A stretch of 64,000 nucleotides of DNA from assembly GCA_964016885.1 (NCBI GenBank), contig OZ024759.1:33170001-33234000 (forward strand), given 5' to 3'. A program made the translations under genes and the position numbers. Every line of letters begins with the position of its first letter. Position 1 is the first letter of the stretch. Shown here one piece after another: positions 52,320-64,000 of this stretch. This stretch comes from Eledone cirrhosa (Eukaryota). Under the pieces are notes generated by a model, which did not search any database, was not told the DNA's origin, and saw only the letters and a list, made by a program, of their open reading frames with translations.

Positions 52320-52770
52320 ACCACAAAACAACACAACCAGCTTAAACACAAAACAACATACACTCCACAACACAACATAATATCACATCAGAACCGATCT
52401 AAACACACCAACACACTCAACACACACCCCATCCCACATCACAACCAGCCTGAACACATCACCTCACAACACACACCTCAACGCACTACATGCGTTCACA
52501 CTTCAAAACACAATACCACATCAGAACCATTCTCAACACACCAACAACACCCTCAACACACACAACACCACATCACCTCACAACACACACCTCAACGCAC
52601 TACATGCGTCCACACCTCAAAAAACAATATCACATCAGAACCGATCTCAACACACCACCACGCACCACAACACACACCCCATCCCACAACACACCCGCAC
52701 CACAACACACCACACCACCACAACACACAGAACGCACCACAACACACCACCGCACCACAACAAAACATAA
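52320..52770. repeat. CA-rich complex tandem repeat
   Basis: Repeated cacatcagaaccgatctcaacacacc and acacatcacctcacaacacacacctcaacgcactacatgcgt. Confidence 0.8.
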
Positions 52771-54110
52771 CATACTATAAAAGGAGAACAATATCTTCTG
52801 AGTTCGTGATGTATCTCTAATTATATATATAAAATCAATTTTCTCACTTGGCCTGGGAGAACGAGCATAACAGATCGTTAGACTCCGATTGTTTTCGGCG
52901 AAAGTTAATTTGTAAAGTCAATTATTGTATGATGCATATAATAGACGAATTGAAAACAGTTTTGTACCAATATATTTGGTGATTCAATAAACCGAAAATT
53001 AACTAGTGCTGACACAAATTACACTTTAATTAACCTCTGTGAAAACTTTCATATCAAAATTGTTTTCTGTGTATACATGTATACATATGTTTGTGTATTT
53101 ATGTATATATATCTGTGTATTTGAGCATATATATATGTATATATATATTAGTGGATTTGTATGTATGTATATATATATTTGTATGTATGTATATATATGA
53201 GTGTGTGTGAAAAGATGTATGTATATATACATATGTGTGGGTCTGTATATATATATACAGAGAGAGAGAACAGAGAGAGAGAGAGAGAGAGCGAGAGAGC
53301 GAGAGAGAGATTTATATATATATATATATATATAGGTATATATGTGTGTCTCAGTGTCTGTCAGTGTGTTTATGTGTGATATGTGTGCTTATGTATATAA
53401 ATAAATATGTATGTGTGTATGAATATGTGTATATTATGTATCTATATCTCTCTCTCAAAAATATGCGCACACACACACATATATATATATATATGTCTAT
53501 CTCTCTCTCTATATATATATAAATATATATATATGTGTGTAAGTGTGTGTTTATGTTAATGCCAGCATTATTTCCACTAAATTAATTACGACAATATATT
53601 CATTATATATTGTTTGTTAATTATGCAATTTACATGTAAGATATCAGCCATGTTCTGTTAATTAGAAAAGATGAGTTTTCCATATTTAATTAATATTTAA
53701 CGTTTTTCAAGCCATAGTTATTCTCTGTTGTTAGAATGTTTCCTCGGATGCGTTTATTGTTGTCGTTGACCTTGTTATTGTTGTCTTGATTGTTGTTGTT
53801 GGTGGTGTTGAATCTTGGTGTCTTTGTGAATCTTGCTGTTGTTGTTGTTGTGTTTCTCAATCTTGTTATTGTTGACGCTGCTGTCATTGTTGTTGTCCAT
53901 TCCCGGATCAGGCCATAAATTAATAATCCGATGATTTCAATACAGGTTCTTATATACGAGGTTCGTATCTGGTCTTGTCTATATGGTAAAATAAATCCCT
54001 TAACGAAAGCATGGTAATACTACAGCATGTGATACCAATAATTATAACATCGACTCTATGATAAACGTTGATACTGTATCTCACTACTATATATTATATA
54101 TATCATACAA

Positions 54111-54298
54111 AGGGCGGTGAATCGGCAGTATCGGTGGAGGGTCGGACGCCATGCTTTCCAGCATAGTTACGTCCCTTTACGATCTGAGTTCAAATCCTGC
54201 CGAGGTTGACTTTGCCTTTCATCCTTACGGGGTCGATAAAATAAAGTACCAGTAATGCACTGGGTAAATGCTGGCCTTGTGCCTAAAGTAGAAACAAT
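54111..54298 (+). mobile_element. SINE S1 full length
   Basis: Family match; TSD atatatcataca. Confidence 0.92.
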
Positions 54299-54348
54299 TA
54301 TATATATCATACATATATATATATATATATACATGTATATATATATGT

Positions 54349-54416
54349 ATGAAAAGAGACAGAACCCCGACGGCCGAGCTCAAGCCGTTTCGACAGTCAT
54401 TTTTGGACCTCATATA

Positions 54417-54418
<2 letters not shown>
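54349..54418 (-). mobile_element. Family A-related half-hammerhead island
   Basis: Reverse strand: ctgtc-GAAA-cggcttgagctcggccg-TC-ggggtt. Confidence 0.65.
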
Positions 54419-54478
<60 letters not shown>

Positions 54479-54600
54479 CATCGAGATCGTATTTCGGCTG
54501 TGGTCAAAAACAAAGCGAAACGCAATTTTCGAGATATGCGGCAAGTGCTCAATGATATATATATATATGAGATATCGTTTTCGGTTACCATAGTTCAGGG

Positions 54601-54649
<49 letters not shown>

Positions 54650-54655
<6 letters not shown>

Positions 54656-54850
54656 GGAGGTGAGTTTTATTGTAGTACAATAAAGCAATGCAGATATCGG
54701 ATAAGAAGCACTCTACAGTTTGTAGGACTGGAGTATACATAATATATAAGAACAAAAGATGGTTAAAGGAGTTCCATGTATTTTATTATGCGCATTTTTT
54801 GAAATGCGCATAATAAAATACATGGAACTCCTTTAACCATCTTTTGTTCT

Positions 54851-54860
<10 letters not shown>
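54650..54860. mobile_element. Fold-back element, family C, perfect 59-bp arms
   Basis: Arms 54739-54797 and 54802-54860 with 4-nt spacer; GAAA-UGCGCA-UA-AUAAAA at the apex; left end also present reversed at ~51716-51745. Confidence 0.85.
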
Positions 54861-54914
<54 letters not shown>

Positions 54915-54980
54915 TAAATAGCGAAAGGCGCGTCACTACTCAATAATCGTAATGAGGCTATAGCAAATCATTATTATTAT

Positions 54981-55160
54981 TGGATTGGCAGTATCAGTAG
55001 AGAGTCGGACGCCATGCTTTCCAGCATAGTTACGTCCCTTTACGGTCTGTATTCCGATCCCGCCGAGGTTAACTTTGCCTTTCATCCTTACGGGGTCGAT
55101 AAAATAAAGTACCAGCAATGTACTGGGTCTTTGCTGGCCTTGTGCCAAAAGTAGAAACAA
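54981..55160 (+). mobile_element. SINE S1
   Basis: Family match, inserted in (ATT)n. Confidence 0.92.
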
Positions 55161-55425
55161 TTATTATTATTTTTATTATTATTCTAAAGTGGAAGAATTT
55201 CATTATGGTGTTGAAATGGCATAGAACGTTGAATAACCCATCTGGTGGTGATTAAGTGGCAGCTAAATTGTCTGTGGTTCTTATTTTATGTAAAAGGAGG
55301 TTATAGCGTTAGGTTATGTAATAAACATTGGACAATTACTTCTTTCGACAGGCAATTGATGATTTAAGTGTCTGTTTTCTGTACTTCAACAATGATCACT
55401 TTCAAGTGGTCTGTCCTTATTTTAC

Positions 55426-55526
<101 letters not shown>

Positions 55527-55653
55527 TCTAGTGTAAGAGACGTCTGGGTTAGTAATTTAAAACACACTAACACAGATACACATGCACATATATACGGTAG
55601 GTGGGGTCGAAACTGAGTGCGTCCATTTCGACGGCTGAAGACCTTTGGTTTAT

Positions 55654-55709
<56 letters not shown>

Positions 55710-55716
55710 GTATATG

Positions 55717-55761
<45 letters not shown>

Positions 55762-55768
55762 GTATATG

Positions 55769-55852
<84 letters not shown>

Positions 55853-56154
55853 AATATTCATAGTCATGTTTATCAATAAACAAGTGTACCAATGTAAATC
55901 TGTAACCATCTTTTGCATGCACAGATAAAAATGTCGGCTTGCATTTCTTTCACTTGTGTGCGATTGTTAGCGTCTCTGTTTATGTATCTGCATACACAGA
56001 CAGACATACAGATGGACACACACATACACATACACGCACATACGCACACACACATAAATATTTATATATGCATATATATATATATATAAAGAGAGAGTGA
56101 AATGCGTACATGCATATATATATATATATTATTCATACATATACACACACATAA

Positions 56155-56333
<179 letters not shown>

Positions 56334-56786
56334 CGAGAGAGAGAGACAGAGAGAGATAGTTATATAAATTGTCGTGTGGTTACTGGATGCACGTAAAACG
56401 TGTAAGTGGAAATCAATATGGAAGAGACAAGAGAGTATATATTCTTACCAAACAGAGTTCAAGACAAAGTAAACTTTGTCTGCAACCAGTAGAATATCAT
56501 ATTTGATATCACATCTAAAAAGACGTGTCTTGTCTCCTTGAAACCTCTTAGTTGAGTCACGGGATATACAAGACAGATGATATGAGAGATGTTTACTGAA
56601 GAATTTTTTGAAAACAATAAACAAGAAAGAATAACAGAGAGACAGACGTTCGTATATAACTAAACACGCAGACGACACATAGTATAAATAGACAAGTGTC
56701 TGTTCGATATGTACATGCACCATCACATACCCATAGTAAAGTGTCAATAAAGTATAGATAGATCATATAAGTTTTTGACTATATAT

Positions 56787-56849
<63 letters not shown>

Positions 56850-56965
56850 GGTATCTCTATATATATATATCTAGAATGTATATATATATCTAGAATGTAT
56901 CTATATATCTATATATCTACATCTATCTATCTCTCTGTCTATATATATATCTCTCTCTATATATA

Positions 56966-57001
<36 letters not shown>

Positions 57002-57164
57002 ATGTATATGATATGTGGCGATAAATATGTTAAATATATATATATATATACATATATAATATATAATGTATATGATGTGTGGCGATAAATATGTTAAATA
57101 TATATCTATATATATATTTAAAGAAGATATATGTATATTTAAATATATATATATAAATATTTAA

Positions 57165-57320
57165 AGAAGATCCCGTTAAGGGTGAAAGCAGCGATTCTTT
57201 GCTTAAACTTTAATCTGTTATTTTAATAAATATTTGCTCTATGGTTCTTATATATTTGATATACATTTATCCTTATCGAGCCCTCTTTGGATTTTAGTCT
57301 TCAAATTTATTATTATTACT
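57165..57320 (+). mobile_element. Family B element, colinear copy truncated at the ribozyme 5' end
   Basis: AGAAGA-U CCC GUUAA GGG U-GAAA-GCA..UGC-UU-AAACU, then aataaa and 3' tail. Confidence 0.82.
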
Positions 57321-57345
57321 ATATATATATATATATATATATATA

Positions 57346-57739
57346 CTGATTAATGTTCAGAGCCATCCTCAGCATTCTCGTGTAGCACCCATCCACCATC
57401 TGAGTGAGTTTCTTGGTCAGTGTCCAAGTCTCAGACCCATACAGCAATGTATGGGAGCATCCCAAAAGTCAGCTAAAAAGTGACACAGAGGAGACTGAGG
57501 TTGGCTGGAGATGCTCACCGACATCCAGAGTTGACATTGCACTCAGTGCTCCTTTGGGAGCCCCTACATGGACACACTAGAAGAGGAAGACCAAGGTTAA
57601 CATATGTTGATGCCCTAAGGACAGACACTGGTCTGTTGGAGATGCAGGATATGGCAGCGATAATGAGGGACAGAGACCGCTGGAGAGAACTCGTCCATGG
57701 ATCTCGGGAATTTTACCCGCCTTAGATAGATAGATAGAT
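57346..57739 (+). mobile_element. RTE-X-like LINE 3' fragment with 5' inversion and (AGAT)n tail
   Basis: Plus 57448-57725: YGSIPKVS*KVTQRRLRLAG..WEPLHG..RGRPRLTYVD..RDRWR; minus 57346-57447: LLYGSETWTLTKK..DGCYTRMLRMALNIN. Confidence 0.9.
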
Positions 57740-57750
57740 ATATATATAGT

Positions 57751-57825
<75 letters not shown>

Positions 57826-58044
57826 CACATACGTTCATACACGTATACACATGTACTTATAATTATATATATATATGTATATATTGTTTAAGCCGTATAA
57901 ATACAAGCTGAATACAGGGGTTCTGTGATTTCTAACTTTGTTTACCAATAGACACATATTTATTTGTATGTCGTAATGATTGTGAATATACACAATATAC
58001 ATAATATATATATATATATATGTGTGTTTGTGTGTGTATGTATG

Positions 58045-58091
<47 letters not shown>

Positions 58092-58576
58092 ATGTGTGTG
58101 TGTGTCGTAGCCTCCGAATCTTTCATTGGGCTAAATACATTAACAGGAAAGACAAAAAAAAAAAGATACAATATGTTTATTTCCTATACAATGTATTATG
58201 TTTTTTTTTTCATATCAGGTTCACTTGAGGATATCACAACATTTCATATATCTTTCTACTATATCACATGGTATTCTCAGTACATACAATTATTGTACGT
58301 ATATCTCATTAAAGCATGTTGATATCCTCAAGCTAAAAATCACATCTAATACAGAAATATTGAATTATTTTGCGAGATTCCATTGCGATTATTTATTTAT
58401 TATTATTTTTTTAACTAACAGACAAATTGTGAAAATAGCTAAAATTCTTATTACGTTTGTTAAATCTTGTGACAAGAAACCTAACGTTATGAAGTGTTTT
58501 AGAGGGAGAAAAAAAATCATTTCACCTAATATTTAGAAGCTAACATATATCGTTGTTTGTGTTTTAATGTGTGTGC

Positions 58577-58647
<71 letters not shown>

Positions 58648-58649
58648 AT

Positions 58650-58685
<36 letters not shown>

Positions 58686-58716
58686 GTTCTGTAGAAGCTA
58701 TTTCTATATTATACAT

Positions 58717-58776
<60 letters not shown>

Positions 58777-59121
58777 TATATTTACACACACACCCATATA
58801 TATATGTATATATGTAAATGTCTATATATATATATATATATATATGTGAATGTATATATATATATGTTAATTTATATATATATATATATGTAAATGTATA
58901 TATATATATGTATGTATCTGTAAATGTATATATACATACATATATATATGTATATATACATTTACATATACATACATATATATATATATGTATATATACA
59001 TTTACATATATATATATATATACATTTACACATGTATATATATATATTTATATATATATATATACATATATATATAGTCATACACATATATATATATAGG
59101 TATATATATGTATGCACCACT

Positions 59122-59154
<33 letters not shown>

Positions 59155-59356
59155 TTGAACCTGATAATATCTGAATACTCAGTGTAGATAAATTAACGTC
59201 GATATTGTATTTGATCTAATGTTTCTATTTGTTTGTCATGTTTGTTTCTATTTGTTTATTAGATGTTGCCTGTTTCTCACCACAGGCAAGCTCTGTGTTA
59301 TAACTGTGTTATATCATATTGAATATATTTCAACAAACGACCGTGTTTAGAGAATT

Positions 59357-60657
59357 GTGTAGAATGGAATGGAAGGGAAGCGTGTAGAATAGAATGGAGG
59401 GGTGTAGAATAGAATGCAGGTGTGTAGAATATAATGGAAGGGTGTAGAATAGATTGGAGGGGTGTAGAATAGAATGCAGGTGTGTAGAATAGAATGGAAG
59501 GGTGTAGAATAGATTGGAGGGGTGTATAATAGATTGGATGGGGTGTAGAATGGACTGGAAGGGTGTAGAATAGATTGGATGGGGTGCAGAATGGACTGGA
59601 AGGGTGTAGAATAGAATGGAGGGGTGTAGAATTGAATGGAGGGGTGTAGAATGGACTGGAAGGGTGTATAATCGAATTGAAGGGTATAGACGGACTGGAA
59701 GGGTGTAGAATGGAATGGAATGGAGGTGTGTAGAATGGAATGGAGAGGTGTAGAATAAAATCGAGGGGTGTAGAATAGAATGGAGGGGTGTAGAATAGAA
59801 TGGAGGTGTATAGAATAGAATGGAGGGGTGTAGAATAGAATGGAGGGGTGTAGAATAGAATGGAAGGGTGTAGAATAGATTGGATGGGGTGTAGAATGGA
59901 CTGGAAGGGTGTAGAATAGAATGGAGGGGTGTAGAATGGAATGGAAGGGTGTAGAATAGAATAGAGGAGTGTAGAATAGAATGGAAGGGTGTAGAATAGA
60001 ATGGAAGGGTGTAGAATGGAATGGAAGGGTGTAGAATGGAATGGAAGGGTGTAGAATAGAATAGAGGAGTGTAGAATAGAATGGAAGGGTGTAGAATAGA
60101 ATGGAAGGGTGTAGAATGGAATGGAAGGGTGTAGAATAGAATAGAGGAGTGTAGAATAGAATGGAAGGGTGTAGAATAGAATGGAAGGGTGTAGAATGGA
60201 ATGGAAGGGTGTAGAATGGAATGGAAGGGTGTAGAATAAAATTTAAGGGTGTAGAATGGACTGGAAGTGTGTAGAATAGACTGGAACGGTGTAGAATGGA
60301 ATGGAGATGTGTAGAATGGAATGGAAGGGTGTAGAATAGAATGGAAGGGTGTATAATAGAATGGAGGGGTGTAGAATGGAATGGAGGGGTGTAGAATGGA
60401 ATGGAGGGTTGTAGAATAAAATGAAAGGGATGTAGAATAGAATGGAGGGGGATGTAGAATGGACTGGAAGGGTGTAGTATGGACTGGAAGGGTGTAGTAT
60501 GGAATGGAAGGATGTAGAATAGAATGGAAGGGTGTAGAATAGACTGGAGGGGTGTAGAATGGAATAGGATGGTGTATAATAAAATGGAAGGGTGTAGAAT
60601 GGAATGGTAGGGTGTAAAATAGAATGGAGGGGTGTTGAATGGAATAGAATTGAATGG
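59357..60657. repeat. 20-bp minisatellite (GTGTA-GAATA-GAATG-GAAGG)n, ~65 units
   Basis: Direct inspection; built from pentamers, purine-rich plus strand. Confidence 0.96.
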
Positions 60658-61591
60658 ATCTTCGTCAGTTATGGTGATGAGTGCTGCAACTGTTCGATCG
60701 AGGACTCCATAGTTTGTAATACTATATCAGTCTGATACTCATCGAAAACATTTCTTGTGTCTTTAATCTGAGGAGTTTTAAGGAATGGATCGACGTGTCT
60801 CGGCGTGCCTGTGGTGTGAATATTACCTGGTCAGTTCAATATATTTGGCTAGGTGGTTTAGAAAACACATATATAATTGAATATCAATACCTCTAACAAC
60901 TGCAATATTTTACAGGCGATATTCTGTGTAAAACGCCATAAACGTATATAATCTGCGTCTCTGTAAAGGCCAGAAATGCAGGTGATAGACGACTAAAGAA
61001 TCGTTAGTGGAATTGCAGCGGTTTAAGTACAAACTTGTCGATTGATCTACTAGCATAGTTGGACAGGAGCGTTATGTGATACATTGATCTATACCAACAG
61101 CAAGCAATAAGCGAAATACAATTGATAATGATGTTTACACCAAAAACGTTTACGGATAATCAATATACAATAATTAAATACACATTTCCTTTGTAAGAAA
61201 GTCTTTATTGGGAATCCTAGTCTTGCTGTCTCCCTCCCTCTCTCTTTTTCTCTCTCTCTCTAGTTCTCTCTCTTCCTCACAGCTGAAAACCCCTTCTTCA
61301 TAAAACTGCTAATAGGAGGATTAAATATTGAATCGGAAGGCCAAATATATTGAGGCTGGCTATAATCGATTATAGGCAGTTCAAAGTGGAATAAAATGGT
61401 TTTCTGTCTGGAAATGAAAACATCTAACGTTTCTCGTAGTAACAAAATAATCTATCGATTTGGTACCACAGGCAAAAACGAATCTACGGTGAATAGTTCT
61501 GGCAATGAGGAGTTAGAGTCAACCAATATCATTCGAACACCTCAGTAATAGTGAACCCTCGATATTTTCTTTCCACATAGCACTACAAATA

Positions 61592-61716
61592 CGGTGATGA
61601 ATTGGCAAATTTCAATCAAAGAATTTATAGCGCATGTGTTGGCATTTAACTATCTGTGTTAAAATGCTTCTGAGGTCAAATTTATTCTCTACGATGTCGA
61701 GGTATAAGGCACCAGT
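61592..61716 (+). mobile_element. Very old S1-related SINE
   Basis: gaattggca..tctgtgttaaaat..gaggtcaaattt..gtcga..accagt. Confidence 0.4.
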
Positions 61717-61849
61717 ATAGGTTTGCTGGTTTGGCGGAATTCTACGGTCGTGAGATGACAGGAATGTGATGTTTACACTAAGTCTTTACGCCTGCTCGGA
61801 GATCAAATTCCATATCCTATGAGACACCAAACGTCATGATGGCCTACCA

Positions 61850-62640
61850 TTACAATACATACTTACAGACTTACATACATACATACATTTAAAGAATATA
61901 TAAATACATATATTAATACATTACATACATACATAAATACATACATATATACATACATACATATATTACATACATACATAAATACATATATTCATACATT
62001 ACATACAGACTTACATACATTTAAAGAATATATAAATACATATAGTAATACATTACATACATACATAAATACATACATATATACATACATACATATATTA
62101 CATACATACATAAATACATATATTCATACATTACATACATACATACATACATAAATACATATATTCATACATTACATACATACATACATACATTTAAAGA
62201 ATTTATAAATACATATATTAATACATTACATATATAAATACATACATATATACATACATACATATATTACATACATACATAAATACATACATACATACAT
62301 AAATACATATATTCATACATTACACACATACATACATACATAAATACATATATTCATACATTACACACATACATACATAAATACATATATTCATACATAC
62401 ATACATACATATATTCATACATTACATACATATATACATACATACATATATTACATACATACATAAATACATACACACATACATAAATACATATATTCAT
62501 ACATTACATACATACATACATACATAAATACATACATTACATACATACATACATAAACACATATATTCATACATTACATACATACATACATAAATACATA
62601 CATAAATACATATATTCATACATTACATACATACACATAT
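61850..62640. repeat. (ACAT)n-derived complex array
   Basis: Direct inspection. Confidence 0.93.
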
Positions 62641-63354
62641 TTGATATGAAAATGAGGTTACAAATGAATAAGAAGAAATAAATGTAAAAGAAATGGAGAC
62701 TTATCGTCGCTGACCTTCTACATTGTAGTAAGAATGAAGTAATTTATTCATGTCAACAATGAATGGATATTATTAGCAATGTCATCAATTGATTATGTTA
62801 AGGTTTACATTATAAAGAGAGATGAATGGCGGACATAGAAAGAAACATTATCACACGGAGTTCATATCATGATCCATAATATCACTTCACCTTTTGTTTT
62901 ATAATCTTTAGAAAATAGCAATTAGTGATCTAAAGAAGAAAAGTTGTATCTGATTAGTTATAATCATTATTCGAACAGTTTCCAATATATATTTGATAAT
63001 TTATCAATTCAATTCATTTACAATTGAGATTCTTGTTTCAGAAGATCGATATTATTATATACATAATTTATATTCCGACAAAGATTTCTTTTTTTATTAC
63101 TGATAACAAATATTTTTATTCATGTTTTTTTTCTGTTTTATTTGGGGAATTTTTTAATGTGAAATTAATGTTAAATGAATGCTGGGCAATGGAGAATAAA
63201 TATATCCAAATGCACAGGTTTCAGTGTGACGTTGATAGAACGTGTGAAATATGTTTCAAGAACATGTTTAATGTAAATCATAATAATAATAGTAATCAGA
63301 AATTGATATATATGTCAGGTTAGCTTCGGAGATTAAGTAGTTGTAGTCACTGAA

Positions 63355-63700
63355 AAAGGCGGTGGTAATACAAATAATAGTTGGAGACTTGGGAACAATG
63401 AGAGAGAAGTACATTAAACAAATATGGATTGCAGTGCAGATGGAACACTTACTGAAAACAGCATTGCTTGGAACAGTTCGAATACTCCAGTGGGTACTCA
63501 GAAAATAATGGGTGTTACCTCAGTTCACTGGTAGTGAACAGCTAACACTGTAATACATCTCTAGTATTAGAAGCTGATCAAATGAATAATGATAATAATA
63601 GTATGGATTGAACCCCTCCAGATGTCATGCCTACCGGGAACAGTCCGAATAGTGAGAACGTTTCTGGACTACCAGCCATAGTGAAATGAGAAGGAATGAT
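63355..63700 (+). mobile_element. Two tandem RLE-type LINE 3' remnants
   Basis: VVIQIIVGDLGT..MEHLLKTALLGTVRILQWVLRK* with TAA-rich tail (to ~63600), then EPLQMSCLPGTVRIVRTFLD. Confidence 0.7.
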
Positions 63701-63790
63701 ATGAAAATAGTTGGCCTTGTGCCACATGTAGAAACAATTATTATAATTATTATTCTTTGAGTCTGAGTCATTGATGTTATTTAACTGGAA

Positions 63791-63977
63791 GGCGGTGGAT
63801 TGGCAGTATTGGTAGAGGGTCGGACGCCATGCTTTGACGCATAGAGTTACGGCCCTTGCCATTCTGAGTTCAAATCCCGCCGAGGTTAACCTTGCCTTTC
63901 ATCCTTACGGGGTCGATAAAATAAAGTACCAGTAATACACTGGGTATTTGCTGGCCTTGTGCCTAACGTAGAAACAG
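63791..63977 (+). mobile_element. SINE S1 full length
   Basis: Family match; TSD gttatttaactggaagg; an extra 3' fragment at 63711-63740. Confidence 0.93.
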
Positions 63978-64000
63978 TTATTTAACTGGAAGGTTTATTG

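Noticed and set aside
55602-55648. Possible type II hammerhead (GGTC-GAAA..GTC..CTGAAGA-CC)
   Set aside because: Stems I and III unsupported and stem II out of register.
59330-60900. Possible hammerhead split by the minisatellite (CTGACGA at ~60664-60670 minus; TAAACACGGTC at ~59340) next to a faint GIY-YIG-like IIY..KYIELT translation
   Set aside because: Stem I does not pair, GAAA is absent and the protein similarity needs frameshifts; a TBLASTN against PLE proteins is needed.

Overview
Very AT-rich, repeat-saturated eukaryotic DNA, intergenic or intronic. The SINE families and the (TA)n load resemble a cephalopod (octopus-type) genome; this is an inference, not a database match. I find no host protein-coding exon. 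Almost all ORFs in the track (IYIY, CVCV, THTH) are microsatellite translations. Recognisable content: huge (TA)n/(TACA)n tracts; more than 15 copies of a tRNA-derived Meta-type SINE, many with target-site duplications (TSDs) and several stacked at one site; CORE-like SINEs; RTE-like and RLE (R4/Dong-like) LINE remnants, one with a twin-priming-like 5' inversion; a mariner-derived MITE pair; several minisatellites. The main signal is a set of short non-coding islands inside the (TA)n tracts, often fold-backs, that carry type I hammerhead ribozyme (HHR) motifs: stem I-CUGAnGA-stem II-GAAA-stem III-UH-stem I'. About 8 have a complete core, one family has a non-canonical CAGAAGA core, and several families are folded back inside the ribozyme, leaving half-ribozymes. 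This matches non-autonomous Penelope-like (PLE) or retrozyme-like elements. All folds were read by eye and cleavage activity is untested.
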